From positions 1 to 25,130 of the IMG/VR virus record IMGVR_UViG_3300032272_000068: 25,130 bases of DNA. The stretch is one strand, 5' to 3'. Made by a program: the position numbers and the translations under genes. Source of the DNA: a virus. Taxonomy: Duplodnaviria; Caudoviricetes. Under the pieces are notes generated by a model that saw only the letters and a list, made by a program, of their open reading frames with translations, ran no database searches and was not told the origin of the DNA. This document shows, in pieces, positions 8,315-18,086 of this stretch; positions within the stretch are counted from its first letter, which is position 1; every line of letters starts with the position of its first letter.

Positions 8315-9912
8315 TGAGAACTAAAAAGGTACCAATAGTTGCAGGTATCCAACGATTCGATGAATCAGTTATACCTAACGACTATAATATATCCGCTGGG
8401 GCGTCTGCACGAGCTACAGACTTTCAATATATAACCGCTACTGACCGCAGAGATGCAGGCCCAGAGATGGTTAACATGATAATATGGGGAGCCAATGACC
8501 AAACAGCAAAAGCAACACAAAGACCTCCAATCAAAGCCGCACAGAATAATATCTCCGCTTCAGGCTCAGGAATTGGAAGAGGCATCTTCAGAGACCAAGC
8601 TGGTCGCGTTGTTAGCATTGTTGGAACAGACGCATCCACAGTCAAGGTAAATGATGGTGGCTTCTTAACTGAAGCATCCACTACCATTACTGGTACACTT
8701 ACTTCATCTGATAGCCACGACAAAGTATATATTGCACAGTCAGGTCCAGATGAATTAGCTATTGTAGATCATGTCAACGATAAGTTATGGCAATTTGATC
8801 TATCAGGATCAGGCACCATGACAGAGGTTGCTGATGTTGATGTACCAACTGACTTAGCCAGAGGATGTGTAGTATTAAATAACAAAGTATACTACGGTAC
8901 TAAAACTAACGCTAGAATATATAACACAGCATCAGGTGATATTACATCACAGGATGCCCTAGACTTTATATCAGTTGAAAGACAAGAAGCTGAACTACAA
9001 ATGATTGAGTCACACCATGACCACATTGTAGCCTTCACTGACAGATCAATAGAGTTTTTCTATGATAACGCTAACCCTAATGGATCACCACTTAGACGCA
9101 GACAGGATTTATTCTACACTGTAGGTTGTGTGACAGAGGTTACACGAGTAGGAGATACTATATACTTCATTGGTAAATCAGAAGGTGGAGACTATGGCTT
9201 GTATAAGCTTGAGGACTTCAGACTTGAGAAGATATCTGATGAACGAACTAACTACAAGATAGAAGCAATGGTCAAAGGTGCTGGCATCATGTACGTGAAC
9301 GGCTTAATCGTTGCAGATAGACATATGATATGTATCATCCAAGTTAACGATAGATCAACTACTAATGATGCAGCTACTCCTGACCCAGAGGTAATTGATA
9401 CAGTATGGTTTGATATCAAGTACGGTGCTTTATACTCATGGGACTCAGCTAGTGCAGTCTTACAACCTGATGTTGTAGCTACTACATCAAGTAACATGGC
9501 TATGACTTTCCAAGGTACTCCTATTTACTTTAAGGGGTTACTATCTGAGCTAGTACAAGATGATACTAATGAGACACAAACATCTACTACAGCACAAGCC
9601 ATTACATGGCTAATACGCATGCCTAGTTTAACTATGGGCACACGTAAGAGAAAGTTTTGGAAGGAAGTAGATATAGATGGATCACACCAGCAGAACTTAG
9701 GTGACGCTGATATTGACATAGACTTCTATTGGTCTGATGATTTCTACGAGACTAATACTGTATCTAACAAACGAACTATTGATTTTAAAGATTTCAGGTT
9801 CATTGAAAAGGGGTTAGGATCATCAAGGCAAAGAGCATTCTACTTAGGTGGTTCGAGTACTGTAAGAACCTTTTTAGAAAATATGAATCTTACCTATTCC
9901 ATAGGGAAGTAA
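8314..9912 (+). CDS. Tail hub/nozzle (P22 gp10-like packaged-DNA stabilisation protein)
   Basis: GTG start right after the adaptor stop; 532 aa beta-propeller-like; DALDF.S.E...D...F..SIEFFY, G..IYF.G, WSDD...GLGSSRQR motifs typical of gp10-like proteins. Confidence 0.78.
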   Translation: MRTKKVPIVAGIQRFDESVIPNDYNISAGASARATDFQYITATDRRDAGPEMVNMIIWGANDQTAKATQRPPIKAAQNNISASGSGIGRGIFRDQAGRVVSIVGTDASTVKVNDGGFLTEASTTITGTLTSSDSHDKVYIAQSGPDELAIVDHVNDKLWQFDLSGSGTMTEVADVDVPTDLARGCVVLNNKVYYGTKTNARIYNTASGDITSQDALDFISVERQEAELQMIESHHDHIVAFTDRSIEFFYDNANPNGSPLRRRQDLFYTVGCVTEVTRVGDTIYFIGKSEGGDYGLYKLEDFRLEKISDERTNYKIEAMVKGAGIMYVNGLIVADRHMICIIQVNDRSTTNDAATPDPEVIDTVWFDIKYGALYSWDSASAVLQPDVVATTSSNMAMTFQGTPIYFKGLLSELVQDDTNETQTSTTAQAITWLIRMPSLTMGTRKRKFWKEVDIDGSHQQNLGDADIDIDFYWSDDFYETNTVSNKRTIDFKDFRFIEKGLGSSRQRAFYLGGSSTVRTFLENMNLTYSIGK

Positions 9913-9914
9913 AT

Positions 9915-10457
9915 GTGGCTACAGAAAATCTACCACCACCGTTAGCTCGGTTAGATTTTACTGATAAACATATTCAATGGGCTGAGAAGTTGTACAACTT
10001 GTTAGGCTTCAGAGGATTCATTGGATACATTGGAGATGACATATCATTAACCAGCTCTACTAATCAGGATTTCTATTTTGAGTATGAAACCGTAGACGCT
10101 GACAAAGACCAGCTACACCAAGTAGTTAGTAACGAATCTGTAATAACAATACCTGACGGTGTTACACGTATACGAACTGATGCTAATGTGATGATAGATA
10201 CTATCACTGTATCGACTGCACAGTTTCAAATATTTGTAGAGATAGATAGTGGTAGTGGATACACTGACCCGGTACCAGAAGTAAATAACTTCTTTGAGAA
10301 CTATAACACACATTCAGCACACCAGTCTATCCCCATCTTAAATGTAACCCCGGGGGATAAAATAAAGGTGAGATTTAAACAATTTCTGACCTCTACCCAC
10401 GTTGCCACCATACAAGGTGGTGTAAACACTTGGTTCACTTTGGAGTATATTAAGTAA
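9915..10457 (+). CDS. Tail-tip/needle-position protein with C1q/TNF-like jelly-roll domain (paralogue 1)
   Basis: GTG start with AGGGA RBS; PPP...W...FRG N-terminus; ITIP.GV.RIR, V.PGD.I, NTWF.LE pattern. Confidence 0.6.
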   Translation: MATENLPPPLARLDFTDKHIQWAEKLYNLLGFRGFIGYIGDDISLTSSTNQDFYFEYETVDADKDQLHQVVSNESVITIPDGVTRIRTDANVMIDTITVSTAQFQIFVEIDSGSGYTDPVPEVNNFFENYNTHSAHQSIPILNVTPGDKIKVRFKQFLTSTHVATIQGGVNTWFTLEYIK

Positions 10458-11077
10458 TGCCTTTATTTATAGATCCACCACCAACGTACATCAAAGAGTT
10501 TAATTGGCATTGGTCCCAGTGGTTCAACTCTGTATTTGAAGCACAGGAATTTAGGGGTGGCTTAGTTACTACAGATAATACCACGTATGGCTATACTAGT
10601 TCAGACTTACCTACTGATGGGGAGTTCGTCCCGATAGGGTATGATACAACTATCTTTGATACATATCAGATGTTTGATCGTACCGGAGGTGAGAACGGAG
10701 AACATGTCCTGCGAATCCCATCAGGGGTTAAGCGGATAAGATTCGGTATGTCCAGTACATGGGATCTAGGCAGCGGGTCTGAAACATACAGAGCCGAACA
10801 AGCTTTATTAGTTAATGCGTCCTTAGAAGCAGGTGATGATTATTGGGATCAGTCAACGGCTGACCCGCGAGCAGGCTTACCTAATAGATGGCAGACGATA
10901 GCCGTTAATGATGAAATCTTTTATTTGTCAGGCACCAGTGGCGTGGTGTCAGTAGAAGAAGGGGATACAATTCATCCCGGTATGAGGGGTGATGCTATAT
11001 CAGGGACAGCATTCAGTATTGCCACAGTAGGTGATGTAAACGGGAATACCTTTTTTTCTTGGGAAATAATTGAATAA
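10457..11077 (+). CDS. Tail-tip/needle-position protein with C1q/TNF-like domain (paralogue 2)
   Basis: TAATG-coupled; PPP...W..WF...FRG, LRIPSGV.RIR, V.EGD.I, NTFF.WE, colinear with the upstream ORF. Confidence 0.6.
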   Translation: MPLFIDPPPTYIKEFNWHWSQWFNSVFEAQEFRGGLVTTDNTTYGYTSSDLPTDGEFVPIGYDTTIFDTYQMFDRTGGENGEHVLRIPSGVKRIRFGMSSTWDLGSGSETYRAEQALLVNASLEAGDDYWDQSTADPRAGLPNRWQTIAVNDEIFYLSGTSGVVSVEEGDTIHPGMRGDAISGTAFSIATVGDVNGNTFFSWEIIE

Positions 11078-13254
11078 TGAGTACTGACTTAGGTTACAAA
11101 CAGTATAACGACTTCGGCATGCTAACCAAAGGTAGTAATCCTCTTGGTAGTGGTAAATGGGTATATGCCGCATCAAAATCTGGTGTAGATAAATCCACGA
11201 CAGAGAAGGTGTTTGAATACTGGCAGAATTCTGATTACATGAAGACTGCTCGGTATGCTCAAGGAGCTGCCGGTCAAAATCGTTGGGTTGACCCTAAAGA
11301 TGTAAAGCAGACAGGACCATATGGACAGACCAATGGTTCTCGTGGTGGACAACTTGCCAAGTATATGGGTAAGAGTGACTTTGATCCATTCAGTCTAGCT
11401 CGTGCTGGCATGTTCAACAAAAGAAAAGATCTATATACCGGGTTCTCCCAGCAAGCTGACGGTTCAGCGTCGTATTGGAAAACTAAACAAGTTAAAGAAT
11501 ATAAAAGTGGTCCTTACGGTAATAATTGGTCAACTACAAAGCCTACAGGTGGTGGTGGGCAGAGTTCTGGCCCTTATGGTGCTCAGAATAATCCAGCTAC
11601 TAGAAGCCCACAAAGTAGAGTACGTCCCCTATATGGCACAAGGGGTGAGAAAGTAACTGGTCAGATGCTTAACGGTGCATTCGTAGAACAGGGTGTATAC
11701 GATCAGATGACTGACAATCAAAAGGCAGTCTACGGACTTAAAGTAGGTCAAGCACAAGCAAAAGATGAACTATTTGGTGTAGCAAGTCAAGTAGTAGACG
11801 CTGCATATCAATACAGGCGTGGTCGTAGTCGTAAGAAGACTGGATTAGGTTCTATCGTTGGTGCGCTTGCACCTCAGTTACTTACCATAGCTGGAACAGC
11901 TTTTGGTGGTCCCGTAGGTGGAGCCATTGGGTCAGCCGTAAGCACTGGTATACAAGGTGGTGGAATAAAAGATATAGCCCTAGATGCTGGTAAAGCATTT
12001 GTAGGTGGTAAGATAGCAGGAGCAGGAGCCAACAAGGTTGGTGAAGCAGGGTCAATTTGGGATGCAGCTGGTGGTGGTACTAACCCCCTTGGTGCGGCAT
12101 CTACAGCAGGAGCAACTAATGGAGCAGGTAACGTGAGTTTTATAAACGATTTATTTAAAGGTGGGTCTGATCTCTTTAGTAATTTAGGTGATGGCCTTGG
12201 TGACATCTTTAAGGGTGGCACAGGAGGTCTCACTGATTTCTTAAGTGGTGGAGGCAAAGCTGGACAGCTAGGTGATCTACTTAATGTAGCTACTGGTGGA
12301 CAATCTAGTGGTATTGGAAACATACTATCAGGTATAACAGGCGGCAATCTAGGACAAATACTTTCTGGTGGTGGTCAGTTAGGCTTGTTAGACAGCTTAC
12401 TTGGCTCAGGACGGGGTGGAGCTACTCCGGGATTCGCACCTACCTCTGGTGGAGGTGGAGCACCTGCAGGTGGAGGTGGTACATATCAGACAGTAGGTGG
12501 TCAAGTCCCTCAACAAGGGGGTCAAGCCCCTCAGCAAGGAGGCCAATTAGGTGGACTCTTAGGCTTATTAGCCTCTGGTTACCTATCTCAGCACTCAACT
12601 GGCGAAGTACGAGATGAGATTAAGTCAGGTAGAGATAGAGCTATTGACTTAGCAGATCCATTGGCTGATCAACGATCTACTTTCGCAGGCCAACTAGGTG
12701 CTTTGATGGCTGATCCATCTCAAAGAGTACCAGAGTTACCGGGATACCAGTTCAGATTTGACCAAGGACAGAAAGCAATGCAGAGAGCTGCAGATGCTGG
12801 AGGTCTAGCAGGATCAGGTAACGCATTAATAGCTGCTGCAGAGTACGGACAGAACTTCGCACAGGCTGCATATGACTCTGAGTTCCAGAAGTTATATGAT
12901 CTATCCTCTGGTAGTAATGCAGCTGCACAGGCAGCATCTAACGCTGGTACACAATTAGCTTTACTAGAGCACGGTAAGTACTCTGATTACGCTGGATTGA
13001 TTAACCAAGCTACTGGTGGAGCCATACCTAATCCGGGTGGTAACCTAGTACTACCGGGACAACAACAGCAACAACAAAGCTCTGGTGGAATGCTTGAGCA
13101 GATTATATCAAGTCTGTTAGGTAGTAACTCTAATCCTCCATCTGGTAATGATGCTGGTAGCCCTTACGCACCGGGCGGTCCCGGAGCTGATAATTCAGGT
13201 GGTGGATTCGGAACTAATTCAAGTGGAATATCACAATTTGCGAGGTTACACTAA
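11077..13254 (+). CDS. DNA ejection/pilot protein (P22 gp7-like C-terminal domain) with long N-terminal extension
   Basis: Gly-rich hydrophobic stretches; PGYQFRFDQGQKAMQRAA.AGGL.GSGNAL.AA.EYGQ..A signature of gp7-like transfer proteins; position after the tail genes. Confidence 0.75.
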   Translation: MSTDLGYKQYNDFGMLTKGSNPLGSGKWVYAASKSGVDKSTTEKVFEYWQNSDYMKTARYAQGAAGQNRWVDPKDVKQTGPYGQTNGSRGGQLAKYMGKSDFDPFSLARAGMFNKRKDLYTGFSQQADGSASYWKTKQVKEYKSGPYGNNWSTTKPTGGGGQSSGPYGAQNNPATRSPQSRVRPLYGTRGEKVTGQMLNGAFVEQGVYDQMTDNQKAVYGLKVGQAQAKDELFGVASQVVDAAYQYRRGRSRKKTGLGSIVGALAPQLLTIAGTAFGGPVGGAIGSAVSTGIQGGGIKDIALDAGKAFVGGKIAGAGANKVGEAGSIWDAAGGGTNPLGAASTAGATNGAGNVSFINDLFKGGSDLFSNLGDGLGDIFKGGTGGLTDFLSGGGKAGQLGDLLNVATGGQSSGIGNILSGITGGNLGQILSGGGQLGLLDSLLGSGRGGATPGFAPTSGGGGAPAGGGGTYQTVGGQVPQQGGQAPQQGGQLGGLLGLLASGYLSQHSTGEVRDEIKSGRDRAIDLADPLADQRSTFAGQLGALMADPSQRVPELPGYQFRFDQGQKAMQRAADAGGLAGSGNALIAAAEYGQNFAQAAYDSEFQKLYDLSSGSNAAAQAASNAGTQLALLEHGKYSDYAGLINQATGGAIPNPGGNLVLPGQQQQQQSSGGMLEQIISSLLGSNSNPPSGNDAGSPYAPGGPGADNSGGGFGTNSSGISQFARLH

Positions 13255-14390
13255 TGAGCGATAATATATTTGCAAAGACACCTTGGGCAGCTGGTAATGA
13301 GAGAGTAGAAAATACTAAACTCAAAAACTACACTATCCAAGAAGACTATAAAGACAGACAATTAGATAGAGCTGGGGCGGCTTTGTCTATTGCTGATAAA
13401 CGCATTCGCCTAGAGAATCTACGCGATGACTTAGAGCTTACTACAGGACAGAAGCGAGCTAACATAGAGTTAACTAAGGCACAGACTGAAGGTGCTGTCA
13501 TTAGTGCTAATCAAAATAAAGAATTATTTCAGTATAAGAAAATTAAAGCACAAGCTGAAGCAGAAGATGCTGAAACTATTGCTGAGATGAGACGTGCTGA
13601 TATACAATCACAGATTGATGAACGTAACTATAAGGCTGCTGATGAGGCATCTATAAGCCTGCTTGGGCCAGACGCTACACCAGAACAAAAGGCTGCTTTA
13701 TTTAGAAGCCTACCTGAGTCGTCACAATCTACAATAATGAAACGATCAGCTACCTTAACTACTAAGTTATACGAAGAAGCACAGATGGCTAATCGAGTAG
13801 CACAACAAGCTGATATAGCACTATCTCTATACCAACAAGGTGTACAGACTGGTAAAGCCCGACCTTTCTTTGACATGCTAGGTGGTATTACATCTGACCT
13901 ACCGGGCCTAAGCTTCTTAACTTCAGATTGGTATAAAGATGAAAAGTTACCTAAGCAACAACAAATGGATCTAGCGATGAAAGAGATCCTTGCTATGCAG
14001 ATTAAGACTTCTCCTAAGATATCTGATAAAGATTTAGCTGTAATGCAAGCTGCTGAAGGTAACATGGGTAACACCCAGAAAGCTAACGCAATGCGTATGG
14101 ACTATCATGTAGCTAATAGTGAGTTGATACAAGAGAAGCAACGCATGTATGATGAGGCTCTGGCTTCAGGCCTACCTTATGAAATAGCTGAGTCTAGATT
14201 TGAAGACAAGTACGGTAGAAACTTTAGAGTGATGCGTGTAATGCCGGGAGGCGAGTGGCAAACCTTCAAGCAGTTTAAGGATGACTGGATTGATATAGAG
14301 CAGGAGGAAAATGCCAACTTTGATCCTAACTTAATTAATGAGCGTGAAATTGCAGACGCTTGGATGAAGGGATATCATGGAAGGAGATAA
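13254..14390 (+). CDS. Internal virion/ejection protein (P22 gp20 position)
   Basis: TAATG-coupled, helical A/Q/E/K-rich, ISDKDL motif, lies between the gp7-like and the large ejection protein. Confidence 0.6.
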   Translation: MSDNIFAKTPWAAGNERVENTKLKNYTIQEDYKDRQLDRAGAALSIADKRIRLENLRDDLELTTGQKRANIELTKAQTEGAVISANQNKELFQYKKIKAQAEAEDAETIAEMRRADIQSQIDERNYKAADEASISLLGPDATPEQKAALFRSLPESSQSTIMKRSATLTTKLYEEAQMANRVAQQADIALSLYQQGVQTGKARPFFDMLGGITSDLPGLSFLTSDWYKDEKLPKQQQMDLAMKEILAMQIKTSPKISDKDLAVMQAAEGNMGNTQKANAMRMDYHVANSELIQEKQRMYDEALASGLPYEIAESRFEDKYGRNFRVMRVMPGGEWQTFKQFKDDWIDIEQEENANFDPNLINEREIADAWMKGYHGRR

Positions 14391-17301
14391 ACTACAAGAT
14401 AGATTAGCTGCTATAGAGGCTAAGCACTTGGCTAGAGAGAATGGACTCTCAGACCCTAAGGCACAGGAAGTAAAGAGCAAGACATATGAGAATGTGTCTG
14501 TTCCTACTGCTGATAGGCTAAAGGCTATTGATGCTAAGCATAAAACACGACAGGCAGAACAAGAGTTCACACAAGATGTACTGGATGAGTCTCAGCCCGT
14601 ACAGTTTATTGCGGATAAGATATACACACTTGCTGGTCAGTATGAGACAGCTAAGATGATGGCATCTAGTATGCTTGGTTTACCTGCTGCAATAGCAGGT
14701 GGTGCAGTTGCGGGTGCTAAAGAACAGTGGGATGCTCAGGAAGATAAATCTTTCATGGGTACTATAAAGAACTTGGCTGGTCAAGATGAGCAAGCAGGCG
14801 ATGCTGCTATGCAAAAAGCTCAGGATGTATTCCAACAGGTAATGGAGAAGTTCACTTACGCCCCTAAGACTATTAAAGGTCAAGACATGGCACAGGTAGT
14901 TGGTGAGGCTGGTTTATTCGTAGAGGACTATACATCAGGTCTTGCTTATGATGCAGTAATTGCTGCAGGTGGATCAGAGACTAACGCTAAAGCTGCTTTC
15001 ATTGGTGCAGAGGCTGCAATGTTTTGGCTCCCTACTACTAAATTCGGTAAGGGTGCTACATCTCTTGCAGTTAAAGGTGTCACTAAGCCAGTAGCAGGTA
15101 CAGCTAAAGGTGTTAAGACAGTTTACAATATAGGTTCTAGACTTGTTTCAGGGTCATGGAACTTTGTTACTGATATTATTGCACCTAAGACTAAAGCTAA
15201 AGCATCAATGAACAAGGCATCTGCTTCGTTTGCTGATGACGTGGCACAAGGTAGTGCGAGTGTTGCTAGTAGAGTAGAACGTGCTATTAACCTAGAAAAG
15301 AGATATGAAGGTCTTAACCTAAGTCTAGGTGAGGCTACTGGTGATATTGCTGCTGTATCTATGGAGAGAGCTATCACTAAGGATGTAGCTGCGTCTCGTG
15401 TACACTCAGCTCACCAAGCATCTAACGTCAGAGCATTAAACAAAGCTTCTGAGAAGATATACGGATCAGCTGACACCAAGGGTGCTAAGATATTAAAAGA
15501 AGTTCGTGGTGACCTAACGAAGGCAACTGCTAGACTTGATGTAGAAATGCAAAAGACTCAAGCTGAAATAGCTACCGAGATTGGTAAGCTACAGAACAAT
15601 GAATCGTCTTGGTTACGTGGTGACTGGGTACGACAGAAGTATCAGGAACTATATAGTGACGCTAAAGATTATGGATCTAATTTATTCCAACGTCCTGAGA
15701 TAAGTAACTTCCAAGTTACTATCAATCATCCATCTTCTATTGCCAATGGCATCATCCGTGATACTAAACGGTATAGAACACCTGCTGATGCACCTAGCTC
15801 TCTTGTAGCCATGGCTGATGCTGGTATTAAGATCAACGATCCTATGCTAAGTAAAATGGTAGGAGGTGGTGAGACAGCTGTGCGTATGTCATTTGATGAA
15901 CTACGTGGGCACCTTAAAGCTATGCGTGAGCAATGGGCTAAAGCCAAGGCACAAGGCAACAAGCAAGATGCTGCTGCTCTTCAACGTGTAATCAAAGAGA
16001 TCGAGGGTGCAGGTCAGTTAGATAGCTACGGGCAATGGACACAAACTAAACGTGGTGTACTAGATGAGATTGAAAACTCAACTGATGCTAACGCAGTCCA
16101 AGCCTATCGTGAGGCTAAGCAATGGTGGCACCAGAATGTAGTAGATAAGTTTGAAGGTAGAGCTGGTGATATCATAGCACGAGTTGATGATAGCGGCAAC
16201 TATAAGGTAGCACCTGAGGATGTAATCAATCAATTGGTACGCCCTAATAGTGGAAGAAGTTCAGCTACCTTCTCTACTCAGTTTGAGAAGATGTTCGGTA
16301 AGTATGCACAGAACGTAGATGCATGGGAGCAACTACAGGCAACTCTGTATGAAAGGTTTGCTAAGAAAGTATACAACGAAGCTACCGGATCTATTAGACC
16401 GGGACAATCTAAAGTATTTGTAAGAGAGTATTCTAATATCATAGATCAGTTCCCCGGACTACGTGAGAAGTTATCTAATGCTGACGAGTCTATGGCTATA
16501 CTTAAGCAGGCACAAAAAGATCAGCTTAATAGACAGAAGGTACTAGAGACTCAGATGTTCGCTGTTCACATTAAAGATGGTGACCTTGATGCTGCAACTA
16601 AACTAGCTGTTGAATCTAAGGACAGCAAGGCAGCTAAGATGATGCGTACTGCAGTCTCTAAGAGTAAGTCAGCACGTAAAGGTATGGCACAGCACGTAGC
16701 TAAGAAGATATATGATGATACTAAAACTGTTCTAGACTTCAATGGTGATCTGATCAGTACACCTGACCCAGTTAAGTTAAGTGCTTATCTGAAGAAGAAC
16801 AAGAAGAACTTAGAGATTCTAATGGGACCAAAGATGTACAAGGATATGGTCAATGTAACTGATACATATAAGACTGTCCTAGGCGTTAAGAAAGTAAACC
16901 AAGTGGCTGCAGAAGAGATTGGATCACAAGGATTCATCAAGCAGACGTTCGGTACTTCCTTCCCGAGTCTATTAGCTCAATACAGAAACGTACAGTATGG
17001 TCGTGATAACATGGTCAACTTCTCAGCACGTACATTAGCCACAGCTGGTGTGAAGATGAGATATAGTTCAATCGCTAAGATTGAGATTGAGTCACTATAC
17101 AACGTAGACTTGATGGCATTTAGAAAGAGAATACAGAACAAGAAACAAATGACCGTTGCTGAGACTAAGAAGTGGTCAACTATCCTAGAGAAAAATGGTG
17201 TTGAAATCGTGAGATACGGAGCTGTTGCAGGACATGCTGCAGGCACAGGCCCACGAGAAACAAGGAGAAAAAGAAGAATGAAAGACCAAGGAGCTTTATA
17301 G
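14377..17301 (+). CDS. Large internal virion/ejection protein (P22 gp16 / T7 gp16 position)
   Basis: 974 aa, helical A/K-rich with hydrophobic Gly/Ala segments; LSLGEATGD motif; last structural gene before lysis. Confidence 0.65.
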   Translation: MEGDKLQDRLAAIEAKHLARENGLSDPKAQEVKSKTYENVSVPTADRLKAIDAKHKTRQAEQEFTQDVLDESQPVQFIADKIYTLAGQYETAKMMASSMLGLPAAIAGGAVAGAKEQWDAQEDKSFMGTIKNLAGQDEQAGDAAMQKAQDVFQQVMEKFTYAPKTIKGQDMAQVVGEAGLFVEDYTSGLAYDAVIAAGGSETNAKAAFIGAEAAMFWLPTTKFGKGATSLAVKGVTKPVAGTAKGVKTVYNIGSRLVSGSWNFVTDIIAPKTKAKASMNKASASFADDVAQGSASVASRVERAINLEKRYEGLNLSLGEATGDIAAVSMERAITKDVAASRVHSAHQASNVRALNKASEKIYGSADTKGAKILKEVRGDLTKATARLDVEMQKTQAEIATEIGKLQNNESSWLRGDWVRQKYQELYSDAKDYGSNLFQRPEISNFQVTINHPSSIANGIIRDTKRYRTPADAPSSLVAMADAGIKINDPMLSKMVGGGETAVRMSFDELRGHLKAMREQWAKAKAQGNKQDAAALQRVIKEIEGAGQLDSYGQWTQTKRGVLDEIENSTDANAVQAYREAKQWWHQNVVDKFEGRAGDIIARVDDSGNYKVAPEDVINQLVRPNSGRSSATFSTQFEKMFGKYAQNVDAWEQLQATLYERFAKKVYNEATGSIRPGQSKVFVREYSNIIDQFPGLREKLSNADESMAILKQAQKDQLNRQKVLETQMFAVHIKDGDLDAATKLAVESKDSKAAKMMRTAVSKSKSARKGMAQHVAKKIYDDTKTVLDFNGDLISTPDPVKLSAYLKKNKKNLEILMGPKMYKDMVNVTDTYKTVLGVKKVNQVAAEEIGSQGFIKQTFGTSFPSLLAQYRNVQYGRDNMVNFSARTLATAGVKMRYSSIAKIEIESLYNVDLMAFRKRIQNKKQMTVAETKKWSTILEKNGVEIVRYGAVAGHAAGTGPRETRRKRRMKDQGAL

Positions 17302-17562
17302 ATGGATATATTTACAGACCCACGGGTACTATTAGTTGCTGCTATCGTTGCTATGGCAAGTGCTCTCGTTAACACAGGCTCATTCCTTGTAGTAAATGAC
17401 AAGGTGAATGGTACCGCCACAGATGTGGCAGTTCAGCAAGAGCAGATTGTGACGATCAAACAGAATCAGGAAGAGATCAAAGGCTATACCAAAGACGTGT
17501 ACCAATGGGTACAAGTACAGAAAGGTGTAGAATCGGAGAGAATCAGAAATGAGTCTAGGTAA
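17302..17562 (+). CDS. Single-TM + coiled-coil membrane protein (holin/antiholin candidate)
   Basis: GGAG RBS; hydrophobic residues 9-31 then a coiled coil; directly upstream of the endolysin. Confidence 0.55.
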   Translation: MDIFTDPRVLLVAAIVAMASALVNTGSFLVVNDKVNGTATDVAVQQEQIVTIKQNQEEIKGYTKDVYQWVQVQKGVESERIRNESR

Positions 17563-17890
17563 ACAACAACGTACTTTCACTAAGGATATCGCAGAGCTAA
17601 TCCTCTGGGCATACGAACAAGGGTACGAACTAACCATCGGTGATGGCTTCAGGGACGCTAGGGTACATGGAAACTGGGGTGATAAAGGTAGCTACTCACA
17701 TCGCTATTCATTGCATAAGAAGAGATTAGCCTTAGACCTTAACCTTTTCATAGGTGGAGTGTATCAGACCACTACAGAGGCACACAAGCCGTTAGGTGAG
17801 CACTGGGAATCTATGCGGGAAGGTAATTCATGGGGAGGACACTTTGGAGACGGAAACCATTACTCAAGTTCCTATGCAGGATACAAATAA
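17549..17890 (+). CDS. Endolysin, peptidase M15 family (L-Ala-D-Glu endopeptidase-like)
   Basis: GDGFR, SLHKKRLALDLNL (SxHxxxxAxD zinc motif), WGGHF.DGNHYS. Confidence 0.88.
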   Translation: MSLGKQQRTFTKDIAELILWAYEQGYELTIGDGFRDARVHGNWGDKGSYSHRYSLHKKRLALDLNLFIGGVYQTTTEAHKPLGEHWESMREGNSWGGHFGDGNHYSSSYAGYK

Positions 17891-18086
17891 ACCCTCTTGG
17901 AAGAACCGCAGACGGTTCATGTTCACAGTCTCTGGCTGGATCATGGGGATCATCTCGTATATCATCTTTAAAGAGGTAACAACCGTTGCAGCTAATACCT
18001 TTACATCTGTAGGGTTAATGACACTGGGATCTATCATAGGATTCTATGTTGCTGGGGCAACTTGGGAGGACGTGAAGAGAAAATGA
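17874..18086 (+). CDS. Two-TM holin candidate (start ATG 17874 or TTG 17844)
   Basis: WKNRRR followed by two hydrophobic helices, ending GATWED; sits between endolysin and spanins. The 17796 start in the ORF track overlaps the endolysin extensively and is less likely. Confidence 0.6.
   Translation: MQDTNKPSWKNRRRFMFTVSGWIMGIISYIIFKEVTTVAANTFTSVGLMTLGSIIGFYVAGATWEDVKRK

Noticed and set aside
9913-9945. ATG at 9913 suggesting stop read-through or frameshift from the nozzle gene
   Set aside because: It gives only MWLQKIYHHR-stop; the GTG at 9915 with its RBS explains the junction.
614-10313. Small alternate-frame or antisense ORFs (614, 1103, 3792, 3975, 4347, 6789, 7333, 8424, 9252, 9525, 10113)
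   Set aside because: They overlap coupled structural genes and have shadow-like composition.
11874-12347. 157-aa Pro-rich antisense ORF
   Set aside because: Shadow of Gly (GGN) codons on the + strand.
13628-17637. Several - strand ORFs (13628, 14331, 14680, 15123, 15726, 16977, 17380)
   Set aside because: Antisense to well-supported genes, with no recognisable motifs.
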